Positions 9,951-20,239 of a DNA stretch of 64,000 nt are shown piece after piece; within the stretch, counting starts at the first letter, position 1; every line of letters begins with the position of its first letter. This DNA comes from Williopsis jadinii. Taxonomy: Eukaryota. A program made the translations under genes and the position numbers. The notes beneath the pieces were generated by a model. That model did not search any database, had not been told where the DNA came from, and saw nothing but the letters and a program-made list of their open reading frames with translations. The stretch covers positions 992,001 to 1,056,000 of the forward strand of contig AP024665.1 in NCBI GenBank assembly GCA_024346625.1. The letters are read 5' to 3'.

Positions 9951-11582
9951 ATGGAGGCACCATCACAGGAAATTGGCGAGTCGATTCCTAACAACACGCC
10001 GCACGCCGTGAGCGTGACGCTGCCGACGTGGGAGGCCACGGTGGGCTACGAGAGAGGCGAGGATTGGGTTGTCCAGAGAATGAAGCTCGGGTACCCACGA
10101 TTCTTCATCCACTCTAAGATCAAGGAGCTGTGTGCTCTTGTTGAGGAGAAGTTTGGGCGTGAGGGCGAACGGGCGTTCGTATTCCCAAGCTATGCGGTGG
10201 CGAAGCGTTGTAGGGAGTTTGTGAAGGAGAAGACGTCGAATGCTCCGCTGCCAACGATCAGAATCTTGCAGTTGTCCACGCCTCCTCCAAGGTCCAAGGA
10301 AGAGGAGAGTTACCGTAAAGAAGCGCACATTGCTGCTGTGTTTGTCCCTGAGTCTGAGTTTGTGCTGGCAAAGAACTACTGGCAGCACTCAGGCGAGGGC
10401 ATCTCTTCCAGACTAGGTGAATATGTCCTGCAGGAGTTGAAGATTGTCGATAACAACCTACAAGAGGATAAGGACAAGGAGTACAAGGTGTTCATCGAGG
10501 AGAGGTTCGGAAGAAACCTGGACTTGGGGTTCACGTCCGAGGCCAAGACTGCACTGAGAAGACGTATTGCCGGTGTTATGGACGAAGCGTCCCCTGTTGC
10601 TGGTCGCGTTGATGAAGACGACGTGTTCCTGTACCCTTCTGGTATGGCTGCGATCTTCAATGCCCATCTATGTCTGCTGAAGACTTTGCCAAATGAAAAG
10701 TCGGTGTGCTTTGGATTCCCATACGTCGACACCTTGAACATCCTGAAGAAATTCGGACCAGGTGTTCATTTCTACGGGTTTGGAGATGACGATTCGCTCG
10801 ACGAGTTGGAGGCTAAGCTATCACAAGGTGAAAAGATCCTCGGATTGTTTTGCGAGTGTCCTTCCAACCCATTGCTAAAGACACCAAACTTGAAGAGAAT
10901 CCACCAATTGTCACTGACGTACAAATTCCCGGTGGTTGTTGATGAGACAGTTGGAAACTTCTTGAACATTGACGTTAGACCGTACACCGATATTATCGTG
11001 TCATCTCTGACAAAAGTGTTCTCGGGAGACTCCAACGTGATGGCAGGCTCATTGGTGATCAACCCAGCTTCACAATTCTACCCGTTGTTCCAGCAGTACT
11101 TCAGACAGAACTACGAAGATATCTTCTGGGCAGAGGACGCGATCTACTTGGAGAGAAACTCTCGTGACTTTGAATCCAGATCGCATAAAGTGAACGTGAA
11201 CTCTGAAGCCGTTGTTGATCTCTTCCAAAAATGCCCCATCATAACACAGGTGTTCTATCCAAAGGTCAACGATTCAAGAAAATACTATGAAGATATCAAG
11301 ACACCTAATGGAGGCTATGGTGGGCTGATCTCCATAGTTTTCCAAAAGCAGGAACAGGCCGTTGCATTCTTTGACTCCTTGGAACTGTCTAAAGGTCCAT
11401 CACTGGGCACTAACTTCACACTCGTATGCCCATACGCCATTCTGGCTCATTACCAAGAACTAGACGAGGTTGAAAAATGGGGAATCGATAGAAACTTGGT
11501 TAGACTGAGCATTGGTCTTGAAGATCAAGATGCTCTATTGCAAACAATGCAGATGGCTTTGAATTTGGCAATCCAGGCCTAA
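9951..11582 (+). CDS. STR2: Cystathionine gamma-synthase
   Basis: ATG 9951; HAVSVTLPTW, GYPRFF, PLP lysine in SSLTKVFSG, KGPSLGTNFTL. Confidence 0.93.
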   Translation: MEAPSQEIGESIPNNTPHAVSVTLPTWEATVGYERGEDWVVQRMKLGYPRFFIHSKIKELCALVEEKFGREGERAFVFPSYAVAKRCREFVKEKTSNAPLPTIRILQLSTPPPRSKEEESYRKEAHIAAVFVPESEFVLAKNYWQHSGEGISSRLGEYVLQELKIVDNNLQEDKDKEYKVFIEERFGRNLDLGFTSEAKTALRRRIAGVMDEASPVAGRVDEDDVFLYPSGMAAIFNAHLCLLKTLPNEKSVCFGFPYVDTLNILKKFGPGVHFYGFGDDDSLDELEAKLSQGEKILGLFCECPSNPLLKTPNLKRIHQLSLTYKFPVVVDETVGNFLNIDVRPYTDIIVSSLTKVFSGDSNVMAGSLVINPASQFYPLFQQYFRQNYEDIFWAEDAIYLERNSRDFESRSHKVNVNSEAVVDLFQKCPIITQVFYPKVNDSRKYYEDIKTPNGGYGGLISIVFQKQEQAVAFFDSLELSKGPSLGTNFTLVCPYAILAHYQELDEVEKWGIDRNLVRLSIGLEDQDALLQTMQMALNLAIQA

Positions 11583-11631
11583 GCAATCACAGCTAGATAT
11601 CCACCAATGGATGGCATCGATACGAAACAGA

Positions 11632-11740
11632 AATGATCCAACTCATAAAGTCACAACACTTTTCTCTCTCTTGTTCTGTCTTTTCTCTTTTTTTATCAAA
11701 ATGATCCAACTCATAATGACCCATAATGATCCAACTCATA
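11632..11740. repeat. Three exact copies of AATGATCCAACTCATA
   Basis: Copies at 11632-11647, 11700-11715 and 11725-11740. Confidence 0.9.
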
Positions 11741-12085
11741 TCACATTTAAACAGAAACGAAATTTATCACACGAAGATGACCCAAGCCACGCCGTCACCA
11801 TGTTCTATGGTACCATTACCATGACGACAATTTTATAGAGCCTGTACTTACACATCGATATGAATTTTTGGTGCAGAGATCCAACTCTTCTGCCTATCAC
11901 ACATCAGATAACAGTCTGTAAGCCGTAGTCCAATGATCAACAGCAAGTGCCAGCTATACATGCTCAGTCTATAAAAACAAGTTGAGTCTATTAAACGATA
12001 AAGCTTATACATATAGAAAGAAACACGATAATGTTGTGACACACTCTTTGGGAACTTTTGTTGAGGCTTACAATTATACAACAAA

Positions 12086-13354
12086 TCACAAGTCCAAAAG
12101 ATCAATCTCACCATTTGATTGAGTGGTCTGTGGTTTACTCTGTTGCTGAGCCTGTACAGGGGTACTCGTTGGTTGTTGAATCGCTGGTTTTGAAGAAGTT
12201 GATGTACTTCCATGGGCCTTCAGGGTCGCTGTTTGGAACAACGAGCTGAATGCATCTTGCTTTGGAGCTTGTGACACTGCACCACCTGTCAAAGGAGCGT
12301 TTGAAATTGGAATGTTGTATTGAGGAGTGACTGGTGCTTGTTGGAAAGATGTAAAGTCACCGAATAGGTCTTGCTGTTGTTGCTGTTGTTGTGAATGTTG
12401 TTGCTGTTGCTGTGGTTGACCTTGAGCATACAAAGAAGCCAACGTGCTTGTTACCTGTGGCTTAGAAGCTTGAACATTAGAGCTTTGGAAGTCACCGAAA
12501 TCATCAAAGTCGTCACCGTTTGCCGTTGTTGCTGCTGTTGTTGCAGCATTGGTCTGAGTAGCTGACGAGGAAGTTGTAGGTTCACCAAAGGAGAACAAAT
12601 CAACCTCAGGTTTTGGAGGAACTGGCTTTGAAGCAGAAGCAGAAGACGTTGATGTGACTCTCTTGCCGTTGGTGTTGTGGTTGGCCTCAACCTCGTACTC
12701 CTGGAAGTCATTGTTACCAGCGCCTCTATTCTCTTCGAAACGCTGGCCATAGACACCACCATCACCAAAGATACGGCCTTCGTAGGTGCCGTACTCCTCG
12801 TAGTTTTCGTCGCCATGGGAGTTGCTGCCAATACCGCCCGCAACACCTTGGAACTTCTTTGCATTGTCTCTACTCTTCTTACGTTCAGCTCTCAAAGCAG
12901 AGTCGTTGTTCAACAGCTCCACGAGGTTCTTGGCCTTGGTTCTAACGTTGATACCTTGGTCTCTGCCTTGTGAGTCGATGTAGTGGAAAGAACGAAGCAT
13001 GGTGATCAGGCTGAGGTTGGCCCTTGCGTCATCGACAAACCTCTCGGAACCGTTCTTCAAGAGGTACTCCAGCAACTGCAGAGCCTTATAGATCTGACGC
13101 CATTCGTTGGCACTCTTCTCCGTGAAACGTCTAAACACCATCCCAATGATCTCCTCACGCTCTCTGAAGTTATAAGTACCAGCAGCTATCTTCTGCATCA
13201 GCGTGGAGGAGGCACCCCATGGCTCGTTGTTGGTGGCCTCACGCACAAGGGCCTCCATCTCGGTGTAGTTATACACAACGTTCTGAGCCTTACGCACGTA
13301 CGCCTTCACGTCATACAGCGAAACGTTCTTCAGCTGTTTCTTGATATCGTCCAT
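12086..13354 (-). CDS. ENT3: Epsin-related ENTH-domain clathrin adaptor
   Basis: SLYDVKAYVRKAQNVVYNYTEME..REATNNEPWGAS; EWRQIYKALQLL; DDFGDF and DLLDL motifs. Confidence 0.95.
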   Translation of the reverse strand: MDDIKKQLKNVSLYDVKAYVRKAQNVVYNYTEMEALVREATNNEPWGASSTLMQKIAAGTYNFREREEIIGMVFRRFTEKSANEWRQIYKALQLLEYLLKNGSERFVDDARANLSLITMLRSFHYIDSQGRDQGINVRTKAKNLVELLNNDSALRAERKKSRDNAKKFQGVAGGIGSNSHGDENYEEYGTYEGRIFGDGGVYGQRFEENRGAGNNDFQEYEVEANHNTNGKRVTSTSSASASKPVPPKPEVDLFSFGEPTTSSSATQTNAATTAATTANGDDFDDFGDFQSSNVQASKPQVTSTLASLYAQGQPQQQQQHSQQQQQQQDLFGDFTSFQQAPVTPQYNIPISNAPLTGGAVSQAPKQDAFSSLFQTATLKAHGSTSTSSKPAIQQPTSTPVQAQQQSKPQTTQSNGEIDLLDL

Positions 13355-13570
13355 CGTTGTTCTTCTTCTTGTTCACACAGGCCAACGGTTATGTCCCCTT
13401 TGGACAAATCAAAAGGGTGAAACCAACCCTTTTTTTCCCTTAAAATTTCACACCGCTTTCCGCCCCGAAGCCCACCGTGAAAAACCGCTTCGGAGCTTAC
13501 GGGGGAGGGACAGAGGAGCCGTTTGGGCGGTTTCTGTGGGCGAAGGGGGGGGGGACGCAGTGAGGTCTTT

Positions 13571-13620
13571 TCAGCCTGGCTCAGCCTGGCTCAGCCTAGC
13601 TCTGCCTAGCTCAGCCCGCC
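13571..13620. repeat. 10-bp tandem repeat x5 (TCAGCCTGGC-like)
   Basis: tcagcctggc tcagcctggc tcagcctagc tctgcctagc tcagcccgcc. Confidence 0.85.
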
Positions 13621-13778
13621 TACAGCAGGCGCTCTACGCTCAATACAAAGTCAAGTTATAGAGAAGCGTTTCACTTAGGCTATGTACACGGGGCACTGGC
13701 GTCGTTGATGGACGTGGTAGGCCCTCCAAGCTGACTAACTGCGCATAGGGAAGAGGTGTGCGGGTGCACTATGCGTTC

Positions 13779-14492
13779 TTACTCCTTGAGCTCACCGCAC
13801 TCAGCAATGGTGATCTTGGCTCTGGTCTTACCGCTGGCGGTACCGTAGGCCTCGATGGTCTTGACGGAGTCGTAGCCGTTGATGACCTCGCCGAAAACGG
13901 TGTGCTTGCCGTCCAACCATGGACATGGGACAGTGGTGATGAAGAACTGCGACCCGTTGGTGTTTGGGCCGGCGTTGGCCATTGACAACAAACCCGGCTT
14001 GGTGTGCTTCTTGATGAAGTTCTCATCTGGGAAGCGGTCGCCGTAGATGGATTTGCCTCCAAAGCCGTTACCCATGGTGATATCACCACCTTGGAGCATG
14101 AACTGAGGAATCACTCTGTGGAATGGGGTCCCTTCGTAGCCGAAGCCCTTCTCACCGGTACAGAGGGCTCTGAAGTTCTCGGTGGTCTTTGGAACAACCT
14201 GGAGAGCACGTTAGTATGGATCGCCCGTCAAGGGAGGCGGAGGTGAGCTCGCAGAAAACAACATACGTCATCGTACAACTCGAATTCGATTCTCTCGAGC
14301 TTTCTTCCTGTGTGTGGAGAGTGTCTCTGTTAGCAACTGAAGGCGAAAGCGGTGGTTAAACCCTTCTCTGTGAATGGACAAGGACTCACCATCAATGGCT
14401 GGCACAAAGTACACCTTGGTGCCCAGCACGGACGCAGTGGACGAGAACTGGCGAATACCGGCAAAGTTTCTGGCAATGGATCTGGACAACAT
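13779..14492 (-). CDS. CPR3: Mitochondrial cyclophilin PPIase; exons 14492-14390, 14307-14267, 14198-13779
   Basis: Presequence [18 protein letters not shown]. Introns GTGAGT..TGCTAAC..CAG and GTATGT..TACTAAC..CAG restore the frame ([26 protein letters not shown]). [23 protein letters not shown]. Confidence 0.93.
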
Positions 14493-14581
14493 TATTCTTT
14501 TACAACTGGTTTCAGGCACCGGACTGAGGAGCTACAGAGAGAGAAGGCAAGGGTGGACGATGTTTTCGAGAAGGTTCTGCT

Positions 14582-14702
14582 GCCCTAAAAGCTGGAGAAG
14601 GAGAAACATCCAAACACCACCTCATCTTGGACGAGGCTAAAAGGCCGAAAACTTTTCAGCAGCTGAGTTTCTCTTCTTCTCTCTTTTCCCCTTTTTTCTT
14701 TT
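14582..14702. promoter_or_regulatory. Divergent CPR3/snoRNA promoter elements
   Basis: Tbf1-like GCCCTAA 14582-14588, Rap1-like ACATCCAAACACC 14606-14618, RRPE-like GAAAACTTTTCA 14647-14658, long pyrimidine tract to ~14702. Confidence 0.5.
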
Positions 14703-15139
14703 CCTCGTACCAAATCCATCATTTAGACAGTACGTGAATAAATTGGTGTTCTATTCAAACTTGTCTGTTTCAATTGGAGATGTGGAGGGCGATTTGGTGC
14801 GATTTCTCTGCTGTGTTGCGAAGCTTTCATCGTCTTGGAACGTGTACGTGAAGCGTGCTCAGGTTGAGGACTGCGGTTGGTTCTCAACTGTGTGTCCTTG
14901 CTTAGATCTGAGAGGCTTCAATGGCGTTTCTTGGAGATGAATTCTATAGCGACACGTGACGGTGGGGTTATCGTCCATTTTGTCCGTGCATCTCTGCTAT
15001 TTGAGCAGACGGGGGGATGCCCTGTTTTATATCAATTCGTGATTGTTGATGGAGAGACAGAATGTAATTATTGTGCCAATAAGAACCCGTCTGGATCGTT
15101 TTATGGATGAAAGAGGGGTGTCAGATGGCACACACATAT
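14700..15139 (+). ncRNA. SNR3: Box H/ACA snoRNA, snR3 homologue with expanded 5' hairpin (5' end approximate)
   Basis: 5' stem TCCATCA 14715-21/TGATGGA 15047-53 with guides TTAGACAGT 14723-31 and GATT 15041-44; H box ACAGAA 15057-62; 3' stem TGTGCCA 15072-78/TGGCACA 15126-32 with guides TAAGA and GTCAGA 15120-25; ACA 15134-36 plus 3 nt. Guides complement 25S rRNA AAUCUGACUGUCUAA. Confidence 0.85.
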
Positions 15140-15736
15140 TAGAAACACACTAGCTTAGTACAGAATCGATACTCAACCCCCGCAGATTTGTCTACACGTA
15201 ATCATAATCTCGTATCAATTTTATTCAATAATCCAATCCTGTATTCGAGAACACCCAATATCCCATTACAAATTATCCTTGTACCTTTTTAGCTTCCCTG
15301 GTTCTCTAATCATTGAAGGTTTGGAAATGCTCTTTGGTATTGACTGATTTCATCCACTTTGAAACGACTTCAGAAAGTCAGTCCATGATTATCTCTTCCC
15401 CCTGAGTTGAGCATTTCAGAAGCGTATAGCCATACCTTGTCTGTGTTGAATAATAAGCAAAGACAACACGAAAAACACCGTCCTACCGTTGTGTATAAAC
15501 AGGATACAACGTGTAAAGCCCAAATTAACCGTCACTCGCTTATATGGTGATGACGTTCGTGTCCATAATTATAGCATCACCACAGAGCCTCTAGATCCTT
15601 GATGCATGGACACGACGGTTTGTGCTCATCATGGAGCACACACACAGGCCCCAATGCAATCCAGTTGCATTCAAACTCGAACTACTTGCACCTAAGCTGT
15701 TGGAAGCGCCAACAGTACCACTCATGGTGGGATTGA

Positions 15737-16096
15737 TCACTGCGTATGCTTGAGGCCTTCCTCATCACTGATCTCCAAGTTTTGCATCTCCATTTTGCGT
15801 ATCTGGGTTGGAGTAAGCCTTCTTGGTTTCCTGTGGATCGTACATGGTGCACCAGCACTGATACCATCAGAGGCGTGTGCTGTGCTCACGCCCTCATGGG
15901 GCACTTCGTCATGTGCATGCTCCGAGCCCGCAACACCGCTGTGATAGGCATGGTTATTCACAACACCTTGACCGCCACCTTGGATCGTCTCCCTATTGCC
16001 GTCATCACCAACATGGCCAGGAATGACAACGTTATGTGCAATTCTATTCTTCAACTGGTCCTCATGCTTGAAATACATATAGTTTCTCAGCGCCAT
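15737..16096 (-). CDS. Small 119-aa Gly/His-rich hydrophilic protein of unknown function
   Basis: Good start context AACCATGG; TATAAAA on the minus strand at 16309-16315; fills an otherwise gene-free gap. Confidence 0.6.
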   Translation of the reverse strand: MALRNYMYFKHEDQLKNRIAHNVVIPGHVGDDGNRETIQGGGQGVVNNHAYHSGVAGSEHAHDEVPHEGVSTAHASDGISAGAPCTIHRKPRRLTPTQIRKMEMQNLEISDEEGLKHTQ

Positions 16097-17057
16097 GGTT
16101 CATTGATCAATCAGACTCGTAACGAAACCCACACAACAGCTGAACTAGGACAAATAACCAGATCACAGTAAACACAGATGGCGAGGACAACGACGTGCTC
16201 TGCTAATCAACCTTTCTATGGATATGGCAGATTTGGTAACTACGCTGGTTAAGGAGCCAGTCTCCAGCACGGGAAACAGGCACATTTGCTGAAGTTCCAT
16301 GAGGCTCCTTTTATACATTCGAGCATCCTCTAATCAGGCCAAACAAAATATGGAAAAACGCTCAAAGTGCTCTGCAGGACATGGTAAGCAGACGGATGAT
16401 GAGGTATGTCCACAGGGGCAGCATTCTCAGATCCAAGCACCATACGATTCAAGCAACAGCTTGAAAACCGTTCGATTTTTTTGTTGTTTGCACTCCTCCA
16501 GCCCAAACTATGTAAAATGAGGTTGAATTAGTCCTGTGCTAAGTGAGAAATGCTGACCATCTCGCGTAAAACTGCACAAATTTGTACGTCAGCTTACCGT
16601 TTAGATTTGAAAAGTGGTATGATTTTTTTTTTGCCGAAGGGATCTTTTGAAAGATCGACGGTTTTGTGCGAGTGCGTTTTTTTGTTCTCGGTGTGCACTC
16701 CGAGGAAAGGCGAAAGGTTAGGTGTTTGGGTGTTTTGTGGTTACGTAATGTCTTAGGTAAGCGTGCTTTGGTTTGCAGATTCGGCGCGTGGTATTACGTA
16801 ATGCTCTCTACACCCGGACACACACCCGGACACCACCATCCAAACACCAACTGTTCCATCCCATACCGACCTGGTTACACCAAGCTGGTTCCCACCTGTT
16901 CACTTCCATCCCATGGAAAAGCCCCGAAAGCGACACAGTAAGGGCTAGAAACTACGCACAAGGTGTCCTAACTTTTGGTTGACTCTTCACAGTCGTTGGC
17001 TCCTCATTACACCAATCTCTCTCTCGTGCTTTGCCTCTCCCCTTTCTGAAAGACCTT

Positions 17058-19115
17058 ATGAACTTCAATACGGTTGGCATCGGCCGTAGGCAATCAAAGG
17101 ACAACGGGAAATATTGGAAGGCTCTACAGAACTCGCCTCAGGACTTGCCTCTGTACAAGGACAAGCCAACAAGCACACACGGTAACACCAGGAAGGACAA
17201 GATCTTCAGAATGGCTGCAAAGGGGCTGGTTGTGGTTTTGGTGTTCTACCTGTTCTACAACATTGGTAAGTACATGAGACACGAGATCAACGCTTCATCG
17301 GAGGACTCAGGCACTGCCAATGCTCCAATGAACGACTGGAAGTTTGCACAGAGCGAAGTTAAAAGGGTTTTCAAGGAGTCCTGGAAGCACTATGAGAAGG
17401 ACGCGTGGGGTAAAGACGTTTACCACCCTCTTTCCCATAAAGGTGAGAATATGGGTCCAAAGCCCCTGGGTTGGATCATTGTTGATTCTTTGGATACTTT
17501 GCAACTCATGGGCCTGGAGCAGGAGTTCAAAACGGCCTCTGCCTGGGTGGAAAACGAATTGACATACGACATGGATTATCAGGTTAATGTCTTTGAAACT
17601 ACAATAAGAATGCTGGGAGGTTTACTTTCTGCCTACTACCTCTCTGCAAATGATATGTTTCTGGATAAGGCTGTTGATCTGGCAGATCGTTTGATCGGAG
17701 CCTTCGATTCACCATCAGGTATCCCATACTCCTCGGTTAACCTTCACACGAAGAAAGGTATCAAGAACCACGTTGATAACGGTGCTTCTTCGACTGCAGA
17801 AGTGGCAACCCTACAGTTGGAGTTCAAGTATTTGGCCAAGCTAACAGGGGAGCAGATGTATTGGGAAAAGGTTGAAGAGATCATGAAGGTTTTGGATGAC
17901 AATCATCCAAAGGCAGGGTTGGCTCCGATCTACGTCAATACAGATACCGGTAAATATCAAGGCAACCTCATCAGATTGGGCTCACGTGGTGATTCCTACT
18001 ACGAATACCTGTTGAAGCAGTACTTACAGACAGAAGAAGGCGAGCCTATCTATAACGCAATGTACCAGGAGTCTGTTCGTGGTATGAAGGATAAGCTGCT
18101 GAGAACTTCTAGACCAAATGGCCTAGCATTCTTGGGTGAGTTGGAGAATGGTGTTGGTGCACCACTGTCCAACAAGATGGACCACTTGGTTTGCTTCATT
18201 GGTGGATTGTTTGCCCTTGGTGCTACTGAAGGTGAAACTCTGAAAAAGGCTAGAAAATCCTCCAATTGGAACAAGATCAAAGAGGATGATATCCTTTTGG
18301 CAAAGGACATCACACATACTTGTTATGAGATGTACCATCAAACTGCTACGGGATTGGCTCCTGAAATTGTCGTCTTCAACACTGCTCACGATTCAACAAC
18401 AGACTTCATCATCAAACCACTGGATAAACATAACTTGCAGAGACCAGAAACTGTTGAGAGTCTGTTCATCCTTTACAGAATTACAGGCGATGTTATCTAC
18501 AGAAGATGGGGGTGGGAAATCTTCAAATCTTTTGAGAAATATACAAGAACTCCTGATGGTGCCTACACTTCGCTGGATGATGTTACTGTGATCCCACCAA
18601 AGCAGGCTGACAACATGGAATCCTTCTGGTTGGCAGGGACTTTGAAATACCTGTACTTATTGTTTGACGATACAAACCTCACACCGTTGGATGAAGTTAT
18701 TTTCAACACAGAGGCACATCCATTCCCAAAGTTTTCAATGAATCCATTGTTCAAGACCGGATGGCAAAGATCAACCGTTTCACCGGAGAAGCAAGAGACC
18801 CTTGAGCAAAAACCAAAGGAGGCCAAGGGGAACGTTAGACAACCAATTGGTGAAAAGATCGAAAAGAAGATTTCGTCATCGGCACCTTTGTCAAACAAGA
18901 AGAAGCCAGAGTCCGAGGAAGCGAAGCTTGATAAGCCTCCTCAAGCTGCGAAGCCTGCGAAGCCAGCTGCCGAAGAGCTGGAAGAAGTTTTGGAATTAGC
19001 CGGAGGTGTTGATGAAGACCAGTTTGCAAACCAAGAAGCGATCGATGATTCACTTGCAGAGAGATTGAGAGAAGGCGGCGTTGACCGTATCCTTCAGAAG
19101 GTGATTGATGAGTGA
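17058..19115 (+). CDS. MNS1: ER class I alpha-1,2-mannosidase (GH47)
   Basis: First ATG 17058; type II TM; VFETTIRMLGGLLS, GDSYYEYLLK, QRPETVES, FNTEAHP. Confidence 0.95.
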   Translation: MNFNTVGIGRRQSKDNGKYWKALQNSPQDLPLYKDKPTSTHGNTRKDKIFRMAAKGLVVVLVFYLFYNIGKYMRHEINASSEDSGTANAPMNDWKFAQSEVKRVFKESWKHYEKDAWGKDVYHPLSHKGENMGPKPLGWIIVDSLDTLQLMGLEQEFKTASAWVENELTYDMDYQVNVFETTIRMLGGLLSAYYLSANDMFLDKAVDLADRLIGAFDSPSGIPYSSVNLHTKKGIKNHVDNGASSTAEVATLQLEFKYLAKLTGEQMYWEKVEEIMKVLDDNHPKAGLAPIYVNTDTGKYQGNLIRLGSRGDSYYEYLLKQYLQTEEGEPIYNAMYQESVRGMKDKLLRTSRPNGLAFLGELENGVGAPLSNKMDHLVCFIGGLFALGATEGETLKKARKSSNWNKIKEDDILLAKDITHTCYEMYHQTATGLAPEIVVFNTAHDSTTDFIIKPLDKHNLQRPETVESLFILYRITGDVIYRRWGWEIFKSFEKYTRTPDGAYTSLDDVTVIPPKQADNMESFWLAGTLKYLYLLFDDTNLTPLDEVIFNTEAHPFPKFSMNPLFKTGWQRSTVSPEKQETLEQKPKEAKGNVRQPIGEKIEKKISSSAPLSNKKKPESEEAKLDKPPQAAKPAKPAAEELEEVLELAGGVDEDQFANQEAIDDSLAERLREGGVDRILQKVIDE

Positions 19116-19208
19116 AGATCATTGCACAGATTATTCTCCCTCAATACATGTATGATCTTTGTTTCGTCTCTTTCTGCGAGAAGGGATCCAGTAGACCAAG
19201 CTCCATCT

Positions 19209-19610
19209 TTACATAATTGGTAAAGGACGACCAGTGAAGATGATTTTATGTTTAATAACATCAACAACTTCGACAGGTTCATCAGTTTCAGGTTCAGATG
19301 GGAACTTCAGCAGTGCCAATGGAGGATCCAACGTTTTGACGTCTCCTAGCAATCTTTGCGACGTTCCAATGAACAGCGTAGCCTTCTTACCATTAAGCTC
19401 CAGTCTTCCAAACTTCACAGCCCATTGTTCAGCTGATAGCAACTTGGAGTACTTTGACTCATCGTCGATGAAGTCAACCTCTGGCTTCTCGACGGGTAGG
19501 ATCAACTCGCCCTGGATTTCTAAGATCATATTACCTAGAGAAGTGGTGATCACTTGTGGCTCCTTCAACGACTCGTGCGCAGAAGCATAGACGACCTCCT
19601 TCACTGGCAT
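19209..19610 (-). CDS. CTF8: Ctf18-RFC subunit Ctf8
   Basis: ATG 19610; ILEIQGEL, ATLFIG..QRLLG, KIIFTGRPLPIM. Confidence 0.93.
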   Translation of the reverse strand: MPVKEVVYASAHESLKEPQVITTSLGNMILEIQGELILPVEKPEVDFIDDESKYSKLLSAEQWAVKFGRLELNGKKATLFIGTSQRLLGDVKTLDPPLALLKFPSEPETDEPVEVVDVIKHKIIFTGRPLPIM

Positions 19611-19676
19611 ATTTCCCTTCACTCCAATACGCACACGCTTGAACAATTGATTAGAAGCTTTGTATAATGAGAAAAC

Positions 19677-19744
19677 ACGCGTAGCTCATCTTCGGTTAAA
19701 CGCGTCTCGAGGCCTACACAGCCGAAAAAGGAAACCGCGCGAAA
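19677..19744. promoter_or_regulatory. MCB/SCB cluster upstream of CTF8
   Basis: ACGCGT 19677-82 and 19700-05; CGCGAAA 19738-44. Confidence 0.65.
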
Positions 19745-20053
19745 GGGAAGGCCAAAACATCCATACACCAAAAACTGAGCATGGGAAATACGCTTACATA
19801 AGCATGTACGCGATAATTGCCGCTTTCGGTCGGCGTGGACCTTGGAGCGTTTTCATTCGTCAGTGCCAGTTTTTTTTTCCTCTTTCGCGGTGCCTCCTGT
19901 TCCCGTTGGGCGGGTGCCAGCGTGCTTGTAACGAAAAAAGTTGACCAAAGCACCCGAAGAAATTGAACGAAGATTTCCCCTTTCTTCAAGCGCTGAACTC
20001 CCCTCCAAAGGATTCCCATAGTACTTCTTTACAACTAAAAGAAACAATTCACA

Positions 20054-20239
20054 ATGGCTGCCTTGAAGAGATTCTCCACTCCAATTTTGAAGCCATACTG
20101 GCCATTTTTCGTCGGTGGTGTTGCTGTGTACTGGTTGATTGGTAAGGCCGCCTCTGCCTCTGCTGGTACCTCTGAGTTCATCAACGATCCAAGAAACCCA
20201 CGTTTCGCCAGAGGTGAGAAGCCAGTCGAGACCAAGTAA
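20054..20239 (+). CDS. ATP18: Mitochondrial ATP synthase subunit i/j
   Basis: LKRFSTPILKPYWPFF...EFINDPRNPRFA. Confidence 0.95.
   Translation: MAALKRFSTPILKPYWPFFVGGVAVYWLIGKAASASAGTSEFINDPRNPRFARGEKPVETK

Noticed and set aside
15746..16171. 141-aa + strand ORF
   Set aside because: Overlaps the minus-strand ORF, which has the better start context and a TATA box
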